DNA of 64,000 nucleotides. It comes from Trichoplax sp. H2 (taxonomy: Eukaryota). The stretch spans positions 806,001 through 870,000 of the forward strand of contig NOWV01000014.1 of NCBI GenBank assembly GCA_003344405.1, given 5' to 3'. The translations under genes were made by a program, and so were the position numbers. The notes beneath the pieces are model-generated. The model was not told where the DNA came from, did not search any database, and worked only from the letters and a program-made list of their open reading frames with translations. Positions 14,797-27,600 of this stretch are shown here, one piece after another. Position 1 is the first letter of the stretch. Every line of letters begins with the position of its first letter.

Positions 14797-17700
14797 CTGC
14801 AGTACCAACAGATAATGCAATAAATAAAAATTATTATTAGATTTTATTAATAAATATTAATAGTTATGAGATTAATGCTTTTAACAGGAAGTATGGAAGA
14901 GTGTAGTAATACAATATTTTGCAATGATTCAATCGGTGTATTAGGAAATAATCTTGTGCTAGATAGATTTGAGATTCTTTAAATTTGGTATGAGATATAA
15001 AATGCTAAATAAAGTAACTAATAAAAGTTCTACCTGTGATAGAATAAAATAGCTTTTAAGATAATATATTAGAGTTAATATTCCAGATGGGCAAATGCGT
15101 AATACAAATTGTAAAACTAAATACTTAATTGGATTATTCTCAGACTAGGGAAGAATTTAAGCAAATCAAATTATACATAATGTAAAAATAGACTTTCGAG
15201 ATGGCTAACGTAATTCGGGGAAATTCTTGAAATATCACTAACTTACGATTATTAATAGTCTAGCATTTTAAGCTCTCACTTTTCGCACAATTCTTAGCTA
15301 CTTGTGTTTACTGTAAGCTACACTCTGTAATTTGCTATAGATATCAATTAGAGACTGTGGCCAGTGATGTTGTGATCATGTGCTAAACTTATACATGTAC
15401 ATGTTAAGTCTTTAATCAATATGGTGATGCAATCTATCACATAGATCTTTGTAAAGAAGATACCTTTTACTTTATGAACTCGACCTTATATACCGGCTCA
15501 TCTATAGTTTATATTGTACTGTTGAGTTGATAAAGTGTCTTCTCAAAAGTTCAACAAGACTACAGTTTCTTATAAACTTCACTTTATTACGTAATATTAG
15601 GTTCGTCTTACAAATACTAAGTTCTATCTAACTGTAATCAGACTATCTCTGGACTATCTGAATTACCACGGCAATATTCAAAATTTATAAGTAATTACTT
15701 ACACAAACATTTTTTTCAAACACAATCATATCGTATCAATTAGGCTACAAGTTCATATTTAAATTTACTATCGCGCTATCAATTCATAATTCACGCTTCT
15801 AATTAAAGCGTCACAACACAAATCTCGCAGAACTTACCTGCTTGAAGCAATCTATTATCATCTCAGAATCGTAACGTAGGCATCTCAATACAATTACTAC
15901 AACACATAATGTAAAACTTTTCCACATTAGACACTTATGCAATCTTACAATCTAGAGTACAATTTATCTATATTCATATTATCCTATGATCTTAGTCTTA
16001 AGCTTATTAGGGGCTTCACTACAAGTTAAATACTCATATACCAGATATTTACGTTTGCCTGCACGTGCGGTAATATACCATATCACATTATTAATTGCAA
16101 TCATTTGGCAATCGCAATACTGTACTATAGCGCAATGAATATTTCAACAGCAATATGTGAAACATGCCTTGCAAAAAATTTAAATTTCTACAGATATAAC
16201 ATTAGAATGATTTAACTAAGAAAAAGATTATTGTAGGAAAACTACGATGAATAGATTCGAATATTGTAAAACATTTTCATTCCAATTCATGTATTAATTC
16301 CATTAGTAAAAATTTTATTGCGTTCGCACATTATTATTGGTATATGTCAGTTAAAAATACAGTAAATTTTATTCATTAAACTAACCGTAAATAGCAGTAA
16401 AATTTTACTGACGTACATCATCTTGAAAGTTGCCCAGCTTTTAAGTTTTCCAGGTATTATTGATGTTGAACAGGTAGTTTAGAGACTTTCAACAAGTATT
16501 GAGTTTATTGTGCTAGATAAATAGTATATCAATATCCGTACAATAGTGTAGCTGAATCAGTTTCAGTAATTTCTTGAATTTGCCTACTCAATAAAGCTTT
16601 AACTAAGCACGTAACAATTCATAGCAACAATGACAATAAAATAATTACAAAGTGTGGGGATGATCTCATGACGATAGGTTCAATTATACTAGTCTTGTGT
16701 TAGTGTCATTATTCTAAATATTTTTAAGTTCCAGTCTTGCAGTATTTTTAATTAAGAATCGTAATTATCATATTACTGTTGATCGTCCCGTCCGACGTTG
16801 GTATCATTTTAGTTAGATGATTTCAAGTTGCTATATTGGATAACTTTATAATCAGTTTAGCGATGGTTGTACTTATTAACATTGAATTATGCTTCTATTT
16901 TGCTTAATTTTTCCTACTATAACCTGATTGAAAAGTTGAGTAAATTATTTCATGTAGTATGCTACTATTAATATCGTTATCTTAATTTATAAATCTAATT
17001 GTTTATAGTACTAAAATTTATAATATCTACTCTTATAATAGCGGATCTTGGAGACAGGAATAACGTAATTTATTATGGTACTGGCGACTGAAAGCCACAA
17101 TATCGTTCGCTGCTCAAGTTGTGTACTTAAGATTAGAATGTTTCCTTGTGAACATTTGGAAAATTTACAGTTATAACATCCCTCTTTAAAATCAAATGTC
17201 ACCGTACGGCATATACTTGAGATTTGTGCTTAACAAGAAAATATACATGCTTTCATCGCATTAGTTAAGCGTATATTTAGAGAAATAGCTATTTAATTGA
17301 TTTTCACGAAAATCCGAATGGTACTGAATGGTACCTGAATGGTGTCACAGTGTATTACTTTTCTATGGATGTTTTAATCTCATAGGTTTTTTTTTAGACA
17401 GTTACGCGATATTAGTCCAAAAGCGGTATTCCTCTTACAGCTCAGCTGATATATTTATCGATCTTTACTAGAGCTTATTCGATTGCCTATTTTATTCTGA
17501 GTTATGCTAATTATTCAGTTTTTCATGCGACTATACGCTCTCAGCTACTCTTGAGTCAAATTCCCGGTAATTGAATAATTTTACCATCTTCTTGAGTATG
17601 CATTCCCTGCTATTACAGGTACGGTAGCATTAGTGAAGGAAAGTAAATTGTCACAAAATTAAATTAGCAAATTGCCAGGAATAAATGTTTAAATTATGAA

Positions 17701-19167
17701 CATAATTTAGAAAGTGAATACATCATTTTATTCCATCATATCACAATTTTTGAGCAGTTTTGCTTCTAAAAGATTATTAATTAATGTCTCTAATATTGTT
17801 GTATATTTATCTACTCAATTATCAACGCAAGAATTATTTTTGTCTTTGTTCTTAACTCTGTATAGGTAAGTCATGTTCAGTAGGGTATACTTTATGGCAT
17901 AATCGGTAAATGAATAAAACAATTGGGAATGATTACGTATATCACATCACGAAATGTGATAGTTACTTCAGTTGAAACGGCGATAAATTGACATGACACC
18001 AAAATCTATTAATTTTATCATGTAAGTATTGAGAATGGATAAGGTAATTGGAATATCGCATGATCTTTGCATTATTTGTTTGATTATAGATTAGCTTAAT
18101 AAACAAGTGTTATTATTAGTCAAAGTAAATGAAATAAAATTAATCTCAGTATCTGGAGTATATATTTGTAAAGAAGACGACGTATTGCCTAGTGCCGTAC
18201 TGTCATAATCGTTTGCAGTCTATTACTTCCTTGCTTTTCTCAATGACTGAATATATTATGTCGAATTTATAACACTATTGATTGGCTTGGTTGAATATAA
18301 GCAATCAAGTTAAGTACTGATATGGAAGAAAAGTTAATTCGTTGATGAATCAGATTTCCGCTTAACTGAATTTAAGTACGTTCTATTCGTTACAAATGGC
18401 TGAATAAATGTACTAAATGAGGCGCAAATGAGTGCAAACAGTTTATGCGAGCAGTATTAGCTTAACTACAAATATAAAATAAGGTAAACATGATAAAAAT
18501 GGCTCAATACGTACTAGTACATAAGAAAAAAATTAACCTCTATTAGATGTTTAAGTTACATAAAAATTATAAGTAAATTAAGATATATGAAATACAAAGA
18601 TCCTATTATCGGCAATGAAGTAGTTCATAAGCGCGTATACAAATTGAATATCCTCTACTTACGATATGAATTTCTATTCTTTTCGAAAGACACAATATAT
18701 TTTATCTCTTACCAATAGAGAAGATCACCTTGTCAATATCGACCTACGTATCATACTGTACTTTCATTCATATCTTTTTATTCTAGCTTAAAACTATGAA
18801 ATTGATTATCCAATCGTGCTTTGCTCTTTTTAAGCATGGTAAGAATATTGCGTAACGATCATCTTCAGATACAAAGTCCATTTATTAAGAACAAGAGTAC
18901 ACTTTCCCAATTAAGTAACTGAATTTACCATTAATTCTGCAATACAACTTCAGTCGGCACGAACCTCTCGTGATTTACGTCTCAAAGTTCATTAATATTG
19001 ACTACTGGGATAATGCTAACAAAATAATAAATATTCTTGCCATTATACCTAATTAATAATTGATAATAGGTGTGATATTACAGTATAGTCAGCCAATTTA
19101 CGATTTGAGTCATCGCTCTCATTTTACTCAACCACGATAATATGATATAGCATTAACTGGGACCATT

Positions 19168-19390
19168 TGCACCAATCCCGCTGTGTGCACCAATTCCGCA
19201 GTGTGTATCATGCCCGTTATTCTTCATAATAAAATGTGTAATGTGTAGTAAAATGGCCTAATCATAACATAATGTTATAAAATCTTAGTCAGTAAGCATA
19301 ATGCCTAGTCATTTTGGATAATATTTGTATTTTAATGACAGTAAGCTAATCGACTTAGGGTAGAATCTAGGATAGAATCTAGGGTATAAC
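19168..19390. repeat. Short repeat relic with 18-bp and 12-bp tandem units
   Basis: TGCACCAATYCCGCWGTG x2 plus a degenerate third copy (19168-19216). TAGGRTAGAATC x2 plus a partial copy (19356-19390). Confidence 0.5.
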
Positions 19391-20385
19391 AACTTTATTA
19401 CTAAAAGTATTCAAATAATTTATTTATCTGTTGATGTTAATTTTGCTTTACATGCATTATAATTTCTAACTGTACAATGCTAGAATCGAAAAAGTAAAAG
19501 GGTAATATTTGGTTTTACTCAGGAATGCTAAGGCTTTGGATAGTAAGATGTGAAGAATTTTATGGTTTTTTATTAGATATAAACTGAATTTAACAGATCT
19601 CGATATCGACGCAGTTTCTCGACAGTATTAGATAACACATTAGAGGCAAATAATTTTGAATTACACAATGAAGTACATCCATAATTTTAACTTACATGCA
19701 GAATGAGGCAATTCTTACCAATATAGATACTATGCTCATTTTGTACTTAATGTAAGAAAGTTAAAGGAATTTGCTACGGCTCTCCTAGTTATTTGGGCCT
19801 GTCAAAATGGCGAAAAAAGCGTCAATTTATTTTGCATCCACATTTCTAGTTATAATCTAAAGCGAGTTCATTTTAAAGAGTTACAATTTAACGATTAGCC
19901 GAAAAGTATTTTTACATTTGACTTGAGAATACTAATTTTATGAAGCAATGTTCCTGCAGAATAGCATTTATAGTTCAAATCAGTTTCGGGATCGTTTCTA
20001 AGATCACATCAGACGGCTTTAGGTTTATTTAGAATTTACCTAATTTAAAAATTGGCCTCTTAATAGTAACGAACTTCATCCATACAATATTCATAAGACA
20101 AAATCAATTAATTTGGATTCAAGTAGTAGTCTATAATTCTTATTAGCTCTGTTTCTCAAGTAGTATGTGGGTAAAATTATAGCCAAATCATTGTAAGTTT
20201 GAAAGGTATTTGGATAACTTTTCTTTCTCAAGAAGAGGCGTGGTACGACGATGATTAGGTTAGCAACTGCGTATTTAATTCTGACTGTAATTCTAACTAA
20301 TTAGCAGTTAAAACCAGAACAAAATAATATGTAATTCAATGGAAATCTCTATCAATTTAACGGCTGCAAAATATTTCATCGCTGT
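19390..20385 (-). pseudogene. Decayed duplicate of the 3' end of gene C (TM exon, two tail exons, introns and 3'UTR)
   Basis: Colinear nucleotide similarity to ~21130-22255, seen by eye. TM relic AVANLIIVVPRLFLRKK (~20219-20270) vs [17 protein letters not shown]. Exon 20040-20080 MKFVTIKRPIFKL vs [14 protein letters not shown], with its acceptor AG changed to TG. Last exon 19895-19953 TLLHKISILKSNVKILFG* vs [21 protein letters not shown]. Confidence 0.8.
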
Positions 20386-21684
20386 AAATATGCACTGAAA
20401 AGTAAGATAAATCGTTAGTGATGAGAGCATTGTCAATGTTACTGTCTCGATTTTTGAAAGTCGCTAAACGTACCTATGTTTTTCTATAATGATTCCTTTA
20501 AATCATTCTGATCTTAACGAGATTTAATGCATTTAACTGCGTCATAGTATCGAACTATCGATTAATAAAAATTTTCACATTTTATTTCTATTTTGGCTAA
20601 CGTAGAAATCCAAAACCCTAATTATAGAATACGTATTAGAATTGAGGTAGAAATAGTGAAAAATCAATACAAATTTGAGTTAAAAATGACCATGTATATT
20701 GTCCTAACTAATAAAATTGAAGCAGTTTATATCTGGTAGTGTCCAGACTGAGATTGAAATTTAAAACTATAAGAATATTCATGCAGGTTTGTAGAGAGAC
20801 ACCGAAAAAGAAGTGAACATTCATTTTTTAATCGTAAACCATAAAAATAATTGCATGTAAGGTATCATTTAATACGCTTCTTAATGCGATCTCAAGTTCT
20901 ATTAGTTATATCAATGATGATTTATATCCATAGTTCTATTTCAGTTAAATTTTCGTAATAGAATAGTTGCTGCTGCACCTATTATAATTAATAGAGAATA
21001 ACTTTATGTGTGGTCGAGGCTATCAATGAACTGATAATTTTAATTTCAATAGCTATGGCTGATGAATAAGAGGCCCTTGATCTGTCTAGCCGTGCATGTA
21101 TATCTTTTGTTGGCTGCAAGCTAATCAGTTACAACAGCTACTATTACTTGAACTATTTATTCATCTTATTCATCCATTGCTGTTAATTTTGTTATGCCTT
21201 TCTCACGGATTCAATTTGGTTAAGGTCAAAAATTAGCGCAGCAAAAAGTAATTGTCTTTACTCAGGGAATAATAAGGCTTTTATTAGTAATACTCGTATA
21301 AGATGAATTTTAATGAGTCTTCAGTAGGAATAGACTAAATTTTACAGATCGTATTGCCAATACAATCTTTAGAACTACTGTATTCGATAATATATCAATG
21401 AACAATATTTAATTACACGATAAGCCACGCCAATGACTTTAACTTTCACACAGAGCTAAAACATTCTTACAAATATTCTTTGCTATGCTAATGTTATACT
21501 TGAGGTAAGGAAATTGGAGGAATTTACTATATCTTTCCTTAGTTATTCAGAACTATCAAGGTAGTGATGGAGATATACAACTTTTTGCACTCACACTTCT
21601 GGTCATGGACTAATGCTAATTCATTTTATATCGTAAAATTTTAAAATTAGCTAACTATTATAATAAATGGACTAAAGAGTGTCT

Positions 21685-24600
21685 TTAGAGATCATCGTCT
21701 TCTCCGCGATAGACAGGATTGTCTAAATCTTTTGATTTAGACTTCAGAATACTTATATTCTGAGATCTTTGTCCTAGAGAAAAGCATTTATACTTAAAAT
21801 TAGTTTGGGGATAGCTTCAAAGATCATATTAGATGACCTTAAAAAGATGTGTAACATCTTTTGATATAGTTACTTGGATCTTACCGAATTTCAGACTTTG
21901 CCTGTTAATTTTAACGCCTTCGATCATCCTGAAAATTTATATAAGAATTAATTATTTTAAATTTGAGCGGTACTTTGTAACACTTATTAATAATATGATA
22001 AATAATTTCGTATTTCATTTCTCGAGTAGAAAATGCAACTGATTAACTTTAAGTTGCAAAAAAATCTTTTTTTCAAAATTACCCTTTCTTTCTTAAGAAA
22101 ATGTATGCTACAACAACGATTAGGATTGCAACTACGCTTCCAATTGCAATTCCAACATAAGTACCGGCTAAAATCCAAAAACAGAACAAGATAAGACATA
22201 CTTCAAAAGAAATTTCTATCAATTTAAGAGATTGCCATAAATTTTACCGTTTTGTGTAGTCGCACTTTGACAGTTATCCCCGCCAAACCCTCCAGCACAG
22301 CTGCAATTTGATTTTTTATCATAGTAATCAGTCATAAGTATAAATCAGCTTCATTATTGTAAATCAAGTGACTTATCAATAGTTCATTTATGTCGTATAT
22401 TGTGATAACTAATTACCTGCAAATAGGTCTATTATTATTCATGCTGCATTGGCCATTATTGCTGCAATATCCTTGTGAGCATACAAAACCTGCAATCATA
22501 AATCATCAATCTTACGTTTAGACAGGAACTTTATTTAATTTGGAATTGTTCTGTAGTTTTCATCCATTACTTTATTTCTACGTACTTATATCATATATTT
22601 GTGTTTCTATAAGTTGGATATTAGTTGCATTAAAAAAGCGGCATGAATACGCTCCGTTATCGCCGATCGATAGTGGACTAAACACTAAATAAGACGTAAT
22701 TACGGATTTTTGATCGCTAACTACTTGAATAATTTCGGTAGTATTTCCAGCTGTAATAGGAACTTTATTTTTAGTCCAAGTGATAGACGGCAAGGGACGT
22801 CCGTTAGCTTGACATCGGAGACTAGAGTATGATCCAACCATAAATGTACTAGTATTTGAGGTAATGGATACCATCGAAATTGGGAATGCTAAAAATTGAA
22901 GCATAAGTTAAAAGGATTTATATCATTCATTAATAATGTGGCTTCAAAAATCATAAAATTGAATGAAATCTTTAACTTACGTGATAGCTGATTCTCGCAG
23001 TTGGTTCCAGTAAAGAGTGGGTCACAACTAAGAATAACAATAACAGATTGTCAGTTTTTATGCAACTTGTTTATAAAGGTATACATGCCTAAGTTTGACG
23101 GCTTACGTTTTAAAATCAACTATTGCTATTAAGCTGATAATTTTAATAGTACATCAATATATCAGCACTATTACACCAACATACTGTATATTGTATAGTT
23201 AGCGTTTTACCTGCATACTGGCCCAGAACTTCCTGAAGTACATTGGCCTTGCGAATTACAAAAGGCCGGCGAACATGCAAACTCTGTAAGTGTAGTTGTT
23301 AAATTATAATAGCAGAATGAATCGACTTTATTCGTTGTTAAATCTAAAATTATAACTTTTCTTCGATCGTATAACGTCAAAATCAAGTTAACATCATATG
23401 AATAGCTTAAGTTTTGTGAAATTAGATATAGAAAGCAAATCAAAACTTACGGATCGTAGCCACTGCAATTTCTACTATGTCAGTGTTACCGCCAGTATTA
23501 TTATTACCGATGACTCGGCATCGGTAACTACCAGCATCACTTGGTACAACATTTGAAATTACCAGGTTCATAATAGATTTTTGGTTAGAGTTTAAAGGTG
23601 ATAAAAAGGTTGTGAGACGACCTCCAATCGAGATTTGATTGCCGTTATGTAACCATACAAATCTTGGCCTTGGTCGAGCTGTTGCTTCGCACTGTAAACC
23701 TATGGTCGTTCCAACATAGTATCGTGTAACATTTGATTTCCCAGTAACGATACTGATAGGTAGATCTATAAAATTAGCAAATGATAGCAATTAGCTATTG
23801 CATATTTATAATAAAGCCTTTTACTTGTATAACTAATTCTTTACCGTAGACATTATTTTAGTACATGTAGTGAAGTATGAGGAAAACACTATAGTATGAT
23901 ACACGTGTGCAAGTGGAGGGTGCTGAAATTGTATTTTTCTCTTACTAAATAGTAGTAGATCATAGTTTTATGTATCTAGAAACCTGCTATTATTTCATAG
24001 CTAAATTGTTTAGGCTAGCTTTGGATATGGAAAGCAGTAATATATAACTCCCATACAGTCTTAGCTGATACTTATATATCAAATATACCACCAAAGTGGA
24101 TAATGAAAAGCAAAAGTAAACTGAATCTCGTTACATGATTTAACAATTTAAATTTTATAAAAGATTATTACTATTCCGTTCAACAGTTAAAGAAATCATA
24201 ATATGTAAGTTTAAACTCTTTAACCAGAATTTATCAAATATAAGTATAATTACAGTAAGATTGGGAGTTAAATCAAAATACAACATAGCTTACTTGGCAA
24301 TACTGTCTGGCATTGGTTTCCAATGACTCCAAAATTGCAGCTTCAGTAGATAAAATGAAAATTGAACATCAATTCCGATGTTGGATTACAACCTTAAAGT
24401 TATTTGTTACGAGTTTTTGTATGATGATACGGAAACTGTCGGATTAATTAATTAGAATTGAGATATGTATCTACGGTACCTGCATTGCAGCAAATCACTA
24501 CCGGTGACTGTACTGCATATTCCATTATTATTGCAGAATCCTGTAGAACATGACATTCCTATTTGCAGCAAAATTGAGTTAATGTATTAATATTTTAGAA

Positions 24601-27600
24601 AAAGAAAACCGCTTATTTACGTACAAGAAATTCGTAATCATTTATTTAGTGAAATATTTTGTCTAGTACTGATCTAGCATTTATAATTTTGAAATAGCAG
24701 TAAAATATAGTTTGAATGTGATCAAGGCTATAAACTTATTTTGATAATTTGATACATATTAAAACTTACTTATGGAAACAATGGAGCTTTGAGCTGTTGC
24801 TCCGGTTTGATTATATTTCGCGGTACATCTAAAATCACCGTTGTTGCTTAATGTTAGGTTACTAAAGAGCAGGACAGATTTGGCTACTGTTTGATCAGCC
24901 GATGCTGAGTATGTGATCATAACATTACTTCCAGTAGAAATTGAAGCTCCATTCTTAGTCCAAGATAGTCCAGATATAGGGCGAGTTGTAGTTTGACAAG
25001 TTAGAGCGATATAGGCACCGTAAGTATAAGTAGTAGCGTTGCTTGTTACAGACACAGTAGATAATGGGATATCTAAATAGTATAGTACAGTAGTAGATAA
25101 ATATGTAAATATTGCGATATTTATAATGAGCTAGACCTTTCAATTTTAGGAGCATTTATACTTTATGTTCAATGAAGAAGCATCAGCCTTATAATTTGGC
25201 TTACTTTGTATCTATATTTATATGTTATCTGCAGCAACTTTTAGTAATAGATTTTTCTAATGTAAAAACAGCTAGTAGAGTATAAATACAGACGTTAAGA
25301 AAACATACCTGGCAGTCTAGTCTGGCAATAAATGCCGGTGTGGTAAGCATTACAACTAGAATATGTGATAGTAATGACGAAATAATGCGTAAGTTGTAAT
25401 TTTATTTAAAGAAATTATACAAACTATATTTTTATGTAACTGTTATGCTATGTTAACCAGTGGAAAAAGTTTTTGATAGATTATTAAAGATACACAAGTC
25501 TACTGGTAGAATTCATATACATAATATTAGCTATACACTATAGTACCTGCAGATCGGGATCGAATTAACCATATTACATTGACCATTATTATTGCATAGT
25601 AGAGATGAACATGAAAGACCTAACATAAATGAGAATATAGTAGTGTTGGTGATACGTAAAGATTGTGATGGTATATGCATTAGATTTAAAATAGAAACCG
25701 TGTGAAGACTTAGCAACATGAGTAATTTATCAAACTAGGCATCGTAAGCATAGCTTTTTAGTAATGATCGGATCATTCTACATCAATTATGGCTATTATT
25801 TTAGCTATAGATTACTGTATTTACTAGATATTTATTAAATTACTGAAGAATACTGTATGCAGTACGAGTTTAAATGGAAATAAACTGAACAACATGATTG
25901 AGATTCTTGTACTACATTGTAAATTTATCGATAGTCTATATTATAAGCTATTATATTAATTTTCATAATAATTTGATAACGTTTATGATATAAATTTACG
26001 TAGATGATATTTTATTTTTAGGATTGAAGGCTTATAAAATTTAACACTTAACTATGTGTAGTTTCATGATAGAACTTACTAATATTAATGGTGTTGCTTT
26101 TAACCACTTTGCTCGTCGAAGACTGCCTTGCAGAACAACTGTAAGCTCCATTATCATTTATAGATTGCACCATGAAATACATAGAGGATCTAGCTTGGTA
26201 GTAGTTGTTACCAGGGATGGAAACAATGTTATATTTATTTCCTGAAGTGACCAGAGCATTATTTACGGTCCAGGTAATGGTAGATAATGGATAAGAGAGA
26301 GCTTCACAGTCTAATCCGGCGTATTGGCCAACAGTATAGGTAGTAAGATTGGACTTGACAATAACGCTTCTTAGCGGTACAGCTATTCCAAATATCAAAG
26401 AAAATATTGGTGTTTTTGGGTAGATTTACACTTAAGTTGAATAAATCATAATAATTAACATAGAATAGTACACTATATTTGTTAGATTATTGATTAAAAT
26501 TTGATATTTTAAAACTGAATCCAATCGATCATAGTTTTGATTATTTACTGAAATACGAATACTTACGGGGTAAAGCAGATTCGCAATAGGTTCCAGTATA
26601 GCCAGCATTACAGCTACTGTTGATGTTAATGTGAAAATAATATTATTATATCTATAGGTAATATTTAATATGGTTTATGTAGTATGTTATAATACCTGCA
26701 AGATGGCGCATTGTCGGACATGACACATTGACCTTGGTTGCTGCAAAACTGTGGTGAACAGCTAAATTCTGAATAATGAAAAGTTTCATATCACAGTTCG
26801 TAAAAATTGATATAATAGGTTTGAAAATTTCGTGCATTGCAAAATAAGCGTCAAACTTTCATAAATATTATCATAAATGAAATTTATATACTGTAAAATA
26901 TTATTTATGGGTTCAAGTCGTTTCGATATGCTTTGCTTGAGAATTTGAGGTAAATATAGATTGTGCAGTATTGACGTCTTACATATAAAATCAGTACACC
27001 TAAAGTAGCGAATACACCAGTATTCTGTGATTCTAATTAGTTCACATCCATGCTTACAATAGATGGTACTTACGAAGGTTGATGAGATTGCTTTTTACTA
27101 CTTTGCCTGAGGAATCTAAACCACTGCATGAGTAGACACCGTTATCACCGCGCTTTAGGCTTTTAAAATAGAGTACCGATTTCGCGATATAACCAGACGT
27201 AGTACTTGTCACAAATCCAATGTTGGCATTAGATATGATTTGAACATCGTTTTTAGCCCATAAAATACTAGATATGGGATAGGAATAGGCCATACATTGC
27301 AGCGATAAATATTGGCCGACAAAATATTGCGTAGCATTGGCTGCCAGCATAACTTGAGATAAAGTCATATCTGTTTATACAGGTTACAATATGTTAGAAC
27401 AGCTAGAGCAATTGCCTAATAATAATTTAGTGAAGTATTGTTTAATCGAAATGAACTTCGCAAGCTGATCATTTTATTTTATCTAGGCCTGATGTAAAAC
27501 CAATTAAACCTACGAAATTATAAACTCTTTAGATTTACCTTTGACGCAGGCATTTCCGTTCCAATATCCAAAATCACATAAGCATGCATAAGTCTTCGTA

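Noticed and set aside
15034-15863. Candidate first exons of gene D (MIIDCFKQ|gtaagt at ~15838-15861; open exon ~15034-15116)
   Set aside because: They have plausible donors but give no convincing signal peptide and have no counterpart upstream of C; this cannot be settled without cDNA.
17011-17202. Short intergenic ORFs (also 47218-47409 and 53333-53539)
   Set aside because: AT-rich composition, no domain signal and no supporting exon chain.
19355-19390. TTAGGG-like sequence as an interstitial telomere
   Set aside because: There is only one true TTAGGG; the periodicity is 12 bp.
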